A stretch of DNA of 63,908 nucleotides, filler included, from Octopus bimaculoides (taxonomy: Eukaryota), in the NCBI RefSeq assembly GCF_001194135.2. It is 6 parts of 4 records of this genome, joined end to end, with 100 filler letters (N's around TTAATTAATTAA, not from the genome) between each part and the next. Parts side by side here need not be neighbours in the genome. Positions count along the whole stretch, not along the records: positions 36,780 to 55,039 come from NC_069006.1; positions 55,140 to 60,652 come from NC_068984.1; positions 60,753 to 62,676 come from NW_026423721.1; 3 more parts are not named here. One strand, written 5' to 3'. The translations under genes and the position numbers were made by a program. Below the pieces are notes generated by a model. That model did not search any database, was not told the origin of the DNA, and worked only from the letters and a program-made list of their open reading frames with translations. Shown here piece by piece: positions 48,909-60,894 of the stretch. Every line of letters starts with the position of its first letter. The stretch's first letter is position 1.

Positions 48909-49795
48909 GCGGATGATTAAATCAAGAATGTCAGATCACCAGATAAATGGGGGATGGTTCATATTCTTCCACTGGTTCCATCTGGTGTTCATGTCCAAAG
49001 TGCATAATTCGTGCTGGCTAAGCCCATGTACTCGTATCAACATTTACTGGGATAGGTGGAGCAAGTTCCAACCAGACAATCCACAGGTCAGTGATAATCG
49101 ACATCCAGTACAGAGACTGCTTACTCAATCATAATTCCTATGGTGGACTCATATCATCATCGTCCTTTAACGTCTGTTGTCCATGCTGGCATGGGTTGGA
49201 TGGTTTGACCAGGGCTGGTAAGCTGGGGAGCTGCATCAGGTTCCAGTCTGATACACGTTACTCACACATACGCATTGTTACACACACACACACACACAAA
49301 AACACATTGCTACACTCATACTTTCTTAAACACTTACTCATTCTTATCTATATACACACATTTTTATATATTCCCATATACACCCCCCCCCACACACACA
49401 CACACGCATACACATTCCTCCTCCACACACATACACACGGTCTCATGACCTGCTAGAAAAGCAGCAACATCTCCCTCGAACCACATCCAACTTTTTTTTA
49501 AATGAGAGACACATTTGACAGTTTGACCGTGGGATGGTCATAGCTGGAATGCCTCGAATCAGACCAGACCAGACCTGTTATGGAGTTAAAGTACCAGCAT
49601 TTCTTTGGGATGGTCTTGGTCAGAATGCTTTTAAACAGGGCTTACCTAGCATTAACTATCATCATTATCATCGACAACAGAACCAAATTTACATTCGTGA
49701 CAGTACTTGACGCTCTCTGGAGAACCAGGATGTAGCAGCAGTAGTAGTAGTAGCAGTAATTGTAATGGTTGTAACAGTAGCCTCTGTGTTGGTGA

Positions 49796-49834
<39 letters not shown>

Positions 49835-50739
49835 CAATCACTGTAACAGTAATTGTCATAGAATCTGTAACTTTTTTAGTAGTTGAGAAAATAAAGTAGT
49901 AGTGGTAGGAGTTAAGTAATTCCACTAGTAGTAGTAGTAGTGGTGGTGGTATAAGGATAGTTGTGATAGTAGTGGGGGTCTTGGTAGGGGAGAGTCGCAG
50001 TAGCCCTACTTAAAGTAGCAGTGTGTTGGTGGTGGTGGTGGTGGTGGTGGTGGTGGCGATACAGTACATGCTCTTGTAGTCGTTGGTACTGGCAGCCANN
50101 NNNNNNNNNNNNNNNNNNNNNNNNNNNNNNNNNNNNNNNNNNNNNNNNNNNNNNNNNNNNNNNNNNNNNNNNNNNNNNNNNNNNNNNNNNNNNNNNNNNN
50201 NNNNNNNNNNNNNNNNNNNNNNNNNNNNNNNNNNNNNNNNNNNNNNNNNNNNNNNNNNNNNNNNNNNNNNNNNNNNNNNNNNNNNNNNNNNNNNNNNNNN
50301 NNNNNNNNNNNNNNNNNNNNNNNNNNNNNNNNNNNNNNNNNNNNNNNNNNNNNNNNNNNNNNNNNNNNNNNNNNNNNNNNNNNNNNNNNNNNNNNNNNNN
50401 NNNNNNNNNNNNNNNNNNNNNNNNNNNNNNNNNNNNNNNNNNNNNNNNNNNNNNNNNNNNNNNNNNNNNNNNNNNNNNNNNNNNNNNNNNNNNNNNNNNN
50501 NNNNNNNNNNNNNNNNNNNNNNNNNNNNNNNNNNNNNNNNNNNNNNNNNNNNNNNNNNNNNNNNNNNNNNNNNNNNNNNNNNNNNNAACAAACAACAACA
50601 ATAGAATAATAATAAAATAATAAATCCAAATCCACCCAGCAGTTCTTGAGATATCTTGTCCACGGAGAAACAAATACGACTGAAAACAATACCTCCACCT
50701 TTGTTAAGGCGGAGGTAAAAATAATAATAATAATCCTTT

Positions 50740-51840
50740 CTATTGAAAGCACAAGGCCTCAAATTTGGGGGGGGGGGAGGATTAAGTTGATTACATCGAC
50801 CCTAGTGCGTAACTGGTACTTATTTAATCGACCCTGAAAGGATGAAAGGCAAAGTTGACCTCGGCGGAATTTGATCTCAGAGCGTAAAGACAGGCGAAAT
50901 ACCATTTAGCATTTCGTTCGGCATGCTAATGAATCTACCACCTCACTGCCTTCCACACAAAAATAAACTTTTGTAATGTAGACACAAAAACTTGGAATTT
51001 CGGAGGAGATGGCAAGTTGATCACATGGTTTCCAGTGTTCGATTGGTTAATAATAATAATGATAATAATAGTAAAATTTTCGACTAAAGGCACAAGGCCT
51101 GAAATTTTGGGGGAGGGGGCTACTTAATTACATCACCCCCCCTCCCCTCCTCAATGTTTCACTGGTCATTAATTTATCAACTCTGAAAGGATGAAAGACA
51201 AAGCTGACTTTAGAGGAATTTGAACTAAGAATGTTATAATAATAATAATAATAATGATAATAATAATGTTATAATAATAATAATAATAATGATAATAATA
51301 ATGTTAATAATAATGATAATAATAATGTTAATAATAATGATAATAATAATAATAATAATAATTGCTTCAACTTTTTCCACAAAGGCAGCAATTTTTGTGA
51401 GGAGGGGATGAGTCGATTACATTAACCCCAGTGCGTAACTGGTACTTATTTTATCGACCCCCACCGAAAGGATTAAAGGCAAAGATGACCTCGATGGAAT
51501 TTGAACTCAGAACATAAAGACGGACGAAATGCCGCTAAGCATTTTGGTCAGGAGACTAAACACAGAGGGAACAAAAAAGGACAGACAAAGGGATTAAGTT
51601 GATTACACCAACCCCTGTACGTAACTGGTACTTATTTAATCAACCCCAAAAGGATGAAAGGCAAAGTCGGCCTTGGCGGAATTTAAACCCAGAACGTGGA
51701 GACAGACGAAATATCACCACTAATGATTCTGCCAGCTTACCGCCTTACCATCTTAATATTTTCTGCTATAGGCACAAGCCTGAAACTTAGGGGAAGGGGA
51801 CTAGTCAATTAGATCGACCCCAGTGCTTGACTGGTTGTTG
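50740..51840 (-). mobile_element. Head-to-tail array of about five SINE family B copies, partly separated by (AAT)n
   Basis: Repeated GGATGAAAGGCAAAGT..ACC..GGCGGAATTTGAAC-like units. (AAT)n at 51045-51070 and 51235-51362. Confidence 0.75.
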
Positions 51841-52061
51841 TGATTTTATGTAATTATGTAGATTGTAGAAAGGCTTTCTGATGTATTTTCTAGTTCTCAG
51901 ATACAGCCGTTTGATTACCTAAAATAGCCATAGAATCTGAACCCATTTCATCTCACTTTGTGCATTTAAATTTTGATAAAGTGTCATTAGAATATTAAAC
52001 GGAAAGTAAAAATGAGTGAATTCATTATTAATCAGGTGAATATATCGGTTCGTTTGTTTAA

Positions 52062-52280
52062 CCCTTTCGTTACTGTATTTCTGTTGAGATGCTCTGTGTT
52101 TCTTTCAATTAATTTTAAAAAACAAAGGGTTTAATAAAACAACTCAGTTATCATTAAGCTAGTGTTAGGAACATAAATTGTAACTAAGGTTTGGTAGAAG
52201 ATTTTAATTCAAAACTTATAAAAACAAGACATTTGTACTCAGAGCCAGAGGCAGTTTCAGCTGGATTGGTAACGAAAGGG
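52062..52280. mobile_element. piggyBac-type MITE, family 2 (intact)
   Basis: TTAA|CCCTTTCGTTAC...GTAACGAAAGGG|TTAA: perfect 12 bp TIR and TTAA duplication. Confidence 0.9.
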
Positions 52281-52357
52281 TTAAATATGTAGACTCTTTT
52301 TTTGTTTGAGTATGTGGACTTGTGCTGGATATTAATAGTGTATATTTGTATCTTGTG

Positions 52358-52600
52358 GAGGTGCAATGGCCCAGTGGTTAGGGCAGCGGACTCGCAGTCA
52401 GAAGATCGCGGTTTCAATTCCCAGACCAAGTGTTGTGTGTGTTTATTGAGCGAAAACACCTAAAGCTCCACGAGGCTCTGACAGGGGGTGGTGGTGACCC
52501 CTGTTGTACTCTTCCGCCCCAACTTTCTCTCACTTTTCCTGCTTCTTGAGTAAAGCTGCGATGGACTGGAGTCCTATCCAGCCTGGCTAGACTTTAAAAG
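52358..52600 (+). mobile_element. tRNA-derived SINE family C
   Basis: TGGCCCAGTGG A box, GGTTTCAATTCC B-box-like motif, body shared with 17328. Confidence 0.8.
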
Positions 52601-52719
52601 GATGCATAAGTAATAAATAATATTTGTATCTTACTGAATAAGTATAAATTAAGGTGTGTATATTGTTTTCAAGAGCTGATCGAATTGTAAGCAAATAAAA
52701 GTCTAGGTTCACTGCTTTC

Positions 52720-52883
52720 TTGTTCAAACTGTCAGTATACTTCACTGGTATTTGTTTTTGTTGACCCCAAAAAGATGATATGCAAAGTTGACTTCAGTAG
52801 AATTTGAACATGGAATCTCAAGACAGAAGAAATGCCACTGAGTATATCGCCCGGCATGCTGACAGTTCTGCTACCCCACCGCC

Positions 52884-52921
<38 letters not shown>

Positions 52922-53125
52922 CCTTTCTCCTGTAGGCTCAACGCTTGAAATTTTGGGGGAGGGAAATAGTCGATTACATCGACCCCAGTGTTTCACTGGT
53001 ACTTAATTTATTGACCCCGAAAGGATGAAAGGCAAAGTTGACTTCGGCAGAAATTGAAGACAGACAAAATGCCGCTAAGCATTTTTCCTGGCGTGCTAAC
53101 AATTCTGCCAGCTCACTGCCTATAA
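52720..53125 (-). mobile_element. Two tandem SINE family B copies separated by (AAT)n
   Basis: Two family B bodies with (AAT)n at 52886-52921. Confidence 0.75.
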
Positions 53126-53738
53126 TAATTATTATTATTATTATTATAATTATAAACTAAAAGCCAACTCCCTCCTCGTTAACTTTCACTAATTAACAGA
53201 AACAATAGTAGTAGTAGTAGAAGTAGTAGTTGTAGTAGTATTACAACTGTTTGTGTTGTTGTGGTGGTGGTGGTGGTGGTGGGTGATCTGGCGTGTTAAA
53301 CTAATTATCATCTTTTAATATTAACGATAATGATGTTTGAAAAGTACGAGCCAACCCTTCCTGGCTAAAATTTCATCACTTGTTACATTCTTTCAGAACT
53401 GTATCGCCTGCACGAAGGGAAGGGCACATCTATGCAGCAGAGAAGCAGCAATAATGTTGAAACAGTTTAGGTCTGTTGTTCCAAGCTACATTCACAAATA
53501 TATACCCACTGGTTCTTTTTTTTTTTCCTTTTTTTTTTTTTTTTTTTTTTNNNNNNNNNNNNNNNNNNNNNNNNNNNNNNNNNNNNNNNNNNNNNNNNNN
53601 NNNNNNNNNNNNNNNNNNNNNNNNNNNNNNNNNNNNNNNNNNNNNNNNNNNNNNNNNNNNNNNNNNNNNNNNNNNNNNNNNNNNNNNNNNNNNNNNNNNN
53701 NNNNNNNNNNNNNNNNNNNNNNNNNNNNNNNNNNNNNN

Positions 53739-53787
<49 letters not shown>

Positions 53788-54573
53788 AGCCAGCCTGCCT
53801 AAGTGTAAGTGAGAAAGAGACAGAAAGAGTGTCTAAGTGTGAGTGAGAGAGATAGAGACACAGAGCCTGAGTGAAAGAGAGACAGAGCCTGAGTGAGAGA
53901 GAGAGACAGCCTGAGTGTGAGAGAGAGCCGGAGTGTGAGTTAGGGCCTGAGTGTGAGTGAAGGAGAGAGAGAGAATGAGTTTATGAAAGGAAGAGAGTAT
54001 GACTGAGAGACATTGCAGGGGTAGAATGTGTGTGTGTGTGTGTGTGTGTGTGACAGACATGGAGAGAAAATGTGTGACATAGAAAGCAAACATGTCCTGA
54101 GATTGAGAGCTAGTGACAAATATGTGAATTTTTATGGATCAATATGAAACTTTTCAACTACAACTACTTTTTTTTTTTTTTTCTAAGAAAGAAAGAAAGA
54201 TGTTGTGATGTTTATGCCAATCTTTTCACACATACAATCATTCATTAATCTCTACATCTGCCATCCATCTATTCATTCATTTATTCCTAAGCAGCGAATA
54301 TGAAATGGTTTCCAAATGTGAAATGCTAAACCAAGGGACCAAAGTGAAACCAAAGTTGACATAGTAAAAGAAACAAAAAACAAAACTCTTATCAAGAACT
54401 TTCTCCTGGTATTCCCTCGATACCTAAATAAAAGAATTTGCTAATGGTGGCACAGGCCTGCATCTATGTAGGGTTCTTGCTGGTGCAGGGGTCTGTGCAG
54501 ACATAAGGCACATGCAAGCATAAAGCTTCATATTCTATAGGAGAGCAGAGCAAGCAAACAATTATCATATTTT

Positions 54574-54730
54574 AACATGTATAAGGACCCCCATAATTTT
54601 GGGGGCTTAAAATTTAGAAAAACGGTTTTGTAAGGGATTATAATATTATCCATGTATAAGAAACTCCCATATTTTTTAAACCTAATTTTTGACAAAAAAG
54701 GGTTCATTATACACATTAAAATACGGTATA
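54574..54730. mobile_element. Possible pogo/Tigger-type MITE
   Basis: Right end CATTATACAC..AAAATACGGTA. Left end TATCATATTTTAACATGTATAA is an imperfect inverse. Confidence 0.4.
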
Positions 54731-54992
54731 TCTGTCCCGATACTTTCCTGGGACTTCATCAACCAGGAAGAATGAAAGGTAAATCCAACATAAGTGAAGT
54801 TTGAATTGGAAATATAAAGCAACAAAGCTAAATATTATTAGGTAACTAATTAGAGTTCTGAGAGGTGAAATAAACTAAAGAATATGGTATTGGATTAGCA
54901 GCCAAGATGTTTGCTATTCATATATTTTGCTTAAACTTTTTTTATCATTATTTTTAATTGGCAGAAATTATAACTAAAAGTATGTATGTATG

Positions 54993-55039
<47 letters not shown>

Positions 55040-55254
55040 NNNNNNNNNNNNNNNNNNNNNNNNNNNNNNNNNNNNNNNNNNNNTTAATTAATTAANNNNN
55101 NNNNNNNNNNNNNNNNNNNNNNNNNNNNNNNNNNNNNNNATATATGTATGTATCTATGCATATATATATGTATATATGTATGTATGTATAGATATATATA
55201 TACATACGTACATACATACACACATACATACATTCATATATATATATATATTTA

Positions 55255-55255
55255 T

Positions 55256-55325
<70 letters not shown>
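55255..55325. repeat. (GATA)n microsatellite
   Basis: Directly visible tandem repeat. Confidence 0.95.
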
Positions 55326-55326
<1 letters not shown>

Positions 55327-55699
55327 TACATATATATCTATATATATATAAACATATATGCATACAAACATACATATATACGTATATACGTGGAAACAAA
55401 GGCACACTGACTGTAGATCATATGAATACCTTGTATAGAGTAATAATAGAAACGAAGGAGAAAATCTGTATGAGTATCTGGTGGCCTTGGAAGAAGAAGG
55501 CTATTATTGCAAGTGTGGTTGTTGTGCTAAGGATTATAGTAAGAATCACATTATATGTCTAAGCTGTGAATCACAAAGTACTTTATATTGAAGGATTATA
55601 TGTAAGCGAAAACTGGAATCGAAGTACAATTTACTGAAGTCGAGAAAATGATGGTAAGCTCGAACAATAGCTAAATGTACACCGACACCTATGCACAAG

Positions 55700-55822
55700 C
55701 AAACACACACACAGACACAGACACACACACAGACACAGACACACACACAGACACAGACACACACACAGACACAGACACACACACAAACACAGACACACAC
55801 ACAGACACAGACACACACACAT
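55700..55822. repeat. 18 bp higher-order (CA)-derived repeat
   Basis: ACACACACAGACACAGAC repeated about six times. Confidence 0.9.
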
Positions 55823-56087
55823 ACATGGGCGTGTGTATGTGTGTGTGTGTGTGTTCTTTTATCTTTACTTATTTCATTTATCAGACTACGGCCTTGTTGG
55901 GGCACCACCTTGAATAATTTTTAGTCGAATGAATCGAACCTGGCATTATTTGTTTATCTATTCTGTTTTGTGTGGTAAGTAGCTTGCTTACCGCCCACAT
56001 GCATGCGGGCTCAGTCCCACTGCGTGGCGAACTGGGAATGAGTGTTCTTCGATAGCCGGAAACTGAAAGAAGTCCGTCGTATGTATA

Positions 56088-57296
56088 CAGGGTGTTCAAA
56101 GAGTCTCTCTGCATGCGCAATTTTGCAATCGCTGCGTGGGTGACCTGGTGTCAGTCATGGTGTACCCTTCAGCGTGTCGACATGCTAACCAATGAAGGAC
56201 GTACGTTTTTAGTTGAATGGATGTTCAGTGAAACAGAAGTTCAGTGAAATTTTTCCAAATACTTTTTCACATCGTGACACTGTGCGGGATTTGATAAGAA
56301 AATTTAGAAACACAGCATGAGTGGAAGACGCAACAAGAAGCGGTAGGCCTACTGTTCTTTCAGACGAAATGCTCTCCGATATGTTTAATATACTGTTGGC
56401 AAGCCTGAGAAAGTCCTTACGCAAATTGTCACAGGAAGCGGAAATCAGCTTCGGAAGTGCTCACACGGCAGTAAAAAATAAATTAAATTTCTTCCCATGC
56501 GAAGTGTTGGCCATTCAAGAATTTCAGACTGCGGATCATGCTAAAAGTCTTCATTGTTGTGATTGGATCCAAAACTTTGTTGCCGAATAAGGAATAGAAG
56601 TGCTGGATGGAAGTTTTTACACCAGTGAGGCTGGGTTTCATCTGTCGGGAGACATAAATTCGCAAAAAAGAATGTTATGAAGCCATGAGAATGCACACGC
56701 GACGCATGAGCGACCTCTGCATCGCGAAAAAAGTTGAAGTATCGATTGTAATTTCGAGAAAGCCTATTATGGAACCAATATTTTTTGAAGACACCATCAA
56801 CACCAAGATATTGTGTCTCCATTTGTAGGCCAACTCACTGAAAGTGAAATGAATAATGCATACTTTCAGTAAGATGACGCTACAGCACATGATTCGCGCA
56901 TCACCATGGCGCTACTTCAAGAGTTTTTCGGTGAACGGATTATTTCGAAGGGACTTTGGCCACCAATATCGCCTGGTTTAACACCGCCAAGCATTTTTGT
57001 CTTGGGAACAAGTAAAAGATCAGTGTAAAAGAATCGCCCAAAAACCATTTCTGAGCTAAAAGACGAAATCATAACCTTCACACGGTTCATACCGTGTCAG
57101 ACTCTCCAAGATGTATTTCAAAACATGTGTAGAAGAGTCAACTTATGTATTGAAAATGAAGGACGACACTTTCAAAACCTCTTATAAAGTTTTTTAAAGT
57201 CTTGTAAAGTCTAATATATTCTTTTGAAGTCTTATACCATCTTATATTTATTTTGCAATAAAATACTTACTGCGGAGAGACGTTTAGAACACCCTA
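56088..57296 (+). mobile_element. Full-length Tc1/mariner element (DUF4817-type) nested in the microsatellite of a SINE family A copy
   Basis: TIR CAGGGTGTTCAAAGAGTCTCTCTGCA versus TGCGGAGAGACGTTTAGAACACCCTA, TA duplication (56086-56087, 57297-57298). Flanks rejoin SINE A. Confidence 0.88.
56182..57187 (+). pseudogene. Tc1/mariner transposase, disrupted
   Basis: MLTNEGRTFLVE; EDATRSGRPTV; SLRKLSQE; EAGFHLSGDINSQ; YFQ*DDATAH; GLWPPISPGLTPP; RRVNLCIENEGRHFQNLL*. Several stops. Confidence 0.88.
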
Positions 57297-58649
57297 TATG
57301 GGGCGGGGAGTGTGTGTGAATGTTTGTGTGTCCGTGTCTGTACCCCCAACATCGCTTGACAATCGATTTCGGTGAGTTTACTTAACTTAGCGGTTCCGCA
57401 AAATAACCCGATAGAGTAAGTACTAGGCTTACGAAGAAGACCTCCTGGGGTCGATTTGTTCCAATAAAGGTGATGCTCCAGTGATTGAAATAAATAAAAG
57501 AATGTATATGAGTAGTAAATTTAAGTATAAATCTTGGGTTTACACTTGGTAGTATGCGTATTAAAGCACATTTACTGCCTATGGCTACCTGATGTATTGA
57601 TATAAATGCCACTGGACTTGTTACAGACACACCCACAGCCACATGTATATATATGTTTATGTATATAAATATATATATATATATATANNNNNNNNNNNNN
57701 NNNNNNNNNNNNNNNNNNNNNNNNNNNNNNNNNNNNTATATACGTCTACGAGTGTCAGCGTTTGTTACACCTTGGCCACTTGACAGTAGGTGTTGGTTTA
57801 TTTACACAAGCGGAACTTTAAAGGAATATAAATATTAAGTCCTTTGAAGGCTGTCTCCCCAGATTCACCGCAGTCCAGTGATTGGAGCAAGTAAGATAGC
57901 ACGATTGAACTAACATATAAAGGTTCCCGATTCCAGTGAAACCATAAAAGTGTGTTCCATTTTAGGTTAAGCAACAGCCATTTCAATTAAAATGATTTAA
58001 TTGAACTAAACTAATTTAATTTACAGAAACTAGAAATATTCAATTTTATTATCAATTTTGTATTACACCGTTCACATTCTTACCTTTCTTCACAAGATTT
58101 CTCATCAATTGATTTTTCAATTCATTACGGTTGTGATTTCTATTGATTAGTTCTATTTTATGGTTCACTCCACAATATGTATGTTAGCCTGTACTTAACT
58201 CTACATCTGTCATGCAGAAAATAACAATGGGAAATGTTCGAACGTCATTAAATTAAATTGCCCATTGTTCCTAATGAATGAATATCTCGCATGCAAATAG
58301 TATTATGTTGTCAGATAAATTCATTCGATTTTTCTCTCTATTTATTGTAATCCCTTTCAATATTATTTGAATTAGTGTGAAAAATATCGTAGTGTTGTAT
58401 AGGTAATTTCTCTCCCTCTATTCTTTATAATTTTGTTTGTCGTTTAGGCTATTTAAATAAATTGTACCTCTTTTCAGACTTGCAGCTGTGGTGTACCATA
58501 TGAAAACATTTTTTAAAAAACGAGCAGCTTTATCTGGGAGCTTACTATATCCTCCAGCCGTTGTCGAATATTGCCTAATCAATGAATATGTTGACAGAAA
58601 ATAAATAATCTCGCAAATTATTCTAATTTCTGGCATCTATGTGTAAGAC

Positions 58650-58700
58650 TATGCTTCACCGAAGAGGGCTAATCATTCCGAAACATGTAGTAATTTTTTA
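58650..58700 (+). ncRNA. Degenerate hammerhead-like motif
   Basis: CCGAAGA-GG(10 nt)CC-GAAAC-AT-GTA. U4 replaced by C and stem I poorly paired. Confidence 0.35.
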
Positions 58701-59053
58701 GCATCTTTAACAGAGAACAAACCCACTTCTCACTTAGCATTTATAATCTTCATGCAGAACAAACTATGTAAAAATATTTCAAGTAGCTTCCATTCTTTCT
58801 AATGATTTGACTATATTAGATGAGGCGGTCGTAATCACAATGTATGTGTCCAAATATGTTTTTCACATATACGTGCGATCTCATTAAGTCGAAGGTTAAT
58901 TCAGTATAGTTTGCTGAGTCATTAAATATGATACCAGAAAGGAGTCAAAAATGCACGTAATATGGTAGCACCGATATCAAGGAAAGGGGGTCGATTCTCA
59001 CATTGTGCGTTATTTTTCTTTCTCTCTCTTTCATATATGCATTTATATATTTA

Positions 59054-59113
<60 letters not shown>

Positions 59114-59129
59114 TTATTATTATTATTAT

Positions 59130-59629
59130 TCAGTAGTTTTATTATTATTCAGTAGTTTTATTTTTATAACGTGCTTTCACTTCACTACCGAGCGCAGCTC
59201 TGTGCGCCTTGGGTATGTGCTGTGGTTTGCTGTGGTGCTCTTATGTTTACTGTATTGAAAGTGTTTTGCGTAGAATGTGTGCAGTACCCAGTAGTGCAAT
59301 TTTCTGTATGTTATATATNNNNNNNNNNNNNNNNNNNNNNNNNNNNNNNNNNNNNNNNNNNNNNNNNNNNNNNNNNNNNNNNNNNNNNNNNNNNNNNNNN
59401 NNNNNNNNNNNNNNNNNNNNNNNNNNNNNNNNNNNNNNNNNNNNNNNNNNNNNNNNNNNNGTATTGGCATATCCCAGAGTATGGTTGCTTTCTCGTTTTC
59501 TGTGACCTTTTCTGGCGTGTGTTTATACCATCTTTTTTCTGTTGTTATTCCATAATGTTGGCATAGCTTCCAGTGTATATAGGTCCCAGCTCTGTCGTGT
59601 CTGTGAATATATTCCTTCTTATTCCTTCC

Positions 59630-59630
<1 letters not shown>
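59130..59630 (-). mobile_element. 5'-truncated R4/Dong-clade (RLE) LINE inserted in a (TAA)n microsatellite, gap inside
   Basis: KKEYIHRHDRAGTYIHWKLCQHYGITTEKRWYKHTPEKVTENEKATILWDMPI, then after the gap NIQKIALLGTAHILRKTLSIQ*, then 3'UTR and (AAT)n tail. (ATT)n on both flanks. Confidence 0.88.
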
Positions 59631-59707
<77 letters not shown>

Positions 59708-59708
<1 letters not shown>

Positions 59709-59845
59709 AGGCGACGAGCTGGCAGAAACGTTAGCACGCCGGACGAAATACTTCGCGGTATTTCGCCCGTCGCTATGATTTGAGTTCAAATTCCGCCGAG
59801 GTCGACTTTACCTTTCATCCTTTCGGGGTCGATAAATTAAGTACA
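59708..59845 (+). mobile_element. tRNA-derived SINE family B, low-divergence 5' part
   Basis: AAGGCGACGAGCTGGCAGAAACGTTAGCACGCCGG...GAGTTCAAATTCCGCCGAGGTCGAC, CpG-rich. Confidence 0.85.
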
Positions 59846-59849
59846 AGTG

Positions 59850-60010
59850 AAACAGTAGGGTTGGATCATTCCAAGTGCTCCTATGACCACTGGTATTGTA
59901 ACCGACTTGAGATGTCACATGTTTTAGATTTCAATTTGCAGATCTTTATATTTTCTGAGCCTATCAAATTCTTTTGCCGAGATATTATGGCCGCATGGTA
60001 TGCTCATGTC
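59850..60010 (-). mobile_element. Older R4/Dong-type RLE fragment
   Basis: SIPCGHNISAKEFDRLRKYKDLQIEI*NM*HLKSVTIPVVIGALGMI. Confidence 0.75.
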
Positions 60011-60019
60011 AATCAAATA

Positions 60020-60345
60020 TCAGACTCAAGTAGGCCACCTTTCATAAAGCGCTGCATTGATCGGAAAAGACCGTAGTGAGATGGAGCAACGTGTGGACTA
60101 TAGGCTGGATGTTGCAGAACTTCCACACCGATCAGGTCTTTAATCTTGTTGCTGGTCTTTCTGGCGGTATGCGGCTTTGCGTTGTCATGTTGACACAGAG
60201 TGCGTTTTCGACGAACGAGGCTCGTGTGCTTTTCAAAAGAGAGTCACCATTAAACTTGACATGAGCTGAATGAACACACACACCACCAACATATTCAGAA
60301 AAGGCATTATTTTAAAACGGCGCGCGAACTTTTTCCCCAATGTAA
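60020..60345 (-). mobile_element. Internally deleted mariner derivative
   Basis: LCQHDNAKPHTARKT..EVLQHPAYSPHVAPSHYGLFRSMQ, with a TIR-like end next to a TA run at about 60345. Confidence 0.7.
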
Positions 60346-60752
60346 TATATATATATATATATACATACATATTTATTTATATATAAATATATATATATAT
60401 ATAAAAGATAATAAGAGTGAAAAAACTACAGAAGGCTTGTGTTACATGGTTAAAGTATATATTTAAATTATGTCAGAAAAATGTAAGAAAAATGTTATAA
60501 AAATATTATAAAATCTTTTTGGTATATAAACATTGTATTTTGAGAAATAACCGGTTTCGTGTTGTCTTTTCAAATTTCTCTACTTCATTGTGTCGTGTTC
60601 GTTCCAGTCTGAGAAAGAAGAGTTCTAGATAGGGGGAGGTAATTAGGGATTTNNNNNNNNNNNNNNNNNNNNNNNNNNNNNNNNNNNNNNNNNNNNTTAA
60701 TTAATTAANNNNNNNNNNNNNNNNNNNNNNNNNNNNNNNNNNNNNNNNNNNN

Positions 60753-60795
60753 TGAAAGCACGTTATAAAAATAAAACTACTGAATAATAATAATA
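60753..60795 (+). mobile_element. 3' terminus of an R4/Dong-type LINE
   Basis: TGAAAGCACGTTATAAAAATAAAACTACTGAATAATAAT matches the reverse complement of the LINE 3' end at 59130-59182. Confidence 0.8.
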
Positions 60796-60848
60796 ATATC
60801 ATCAAAAAATAGCTTAGGAATGAGAACCCAGGTTCGAAATTTTCCCAA

Positions 60849-60894
60849 GACACCCGATGAAAGCTGGTGGGTATTTCAGACGAAACGTTGTGTT
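60849..60894 (+). ncRNA. Degenerate minimal type I hammerhead ribozyme motif, second copy
   Basis: GACAC-CCGATGA-AAGCTG..CAGAC-GAAAC-GTT-GTGTT. Intact palindromic helix III (AACGTT) and stem I, with U4 replaced by C. Confidence 0.65.

Noticed and set aside
57853-57890. Possible + strand micro-exon ending CAA|GTAAG
   Set aside because: No homology, ambiguous acceptor, and no partner exons.
58085-58160. Possible minus-strand exon (ELINRNHNRNELKNQLMRNLVKK) with AAG|GTAAG donor
   Set aside because: Weak acceptor, in-frame stop immediately upstream, and no recognisable homology or neighbouring exons.
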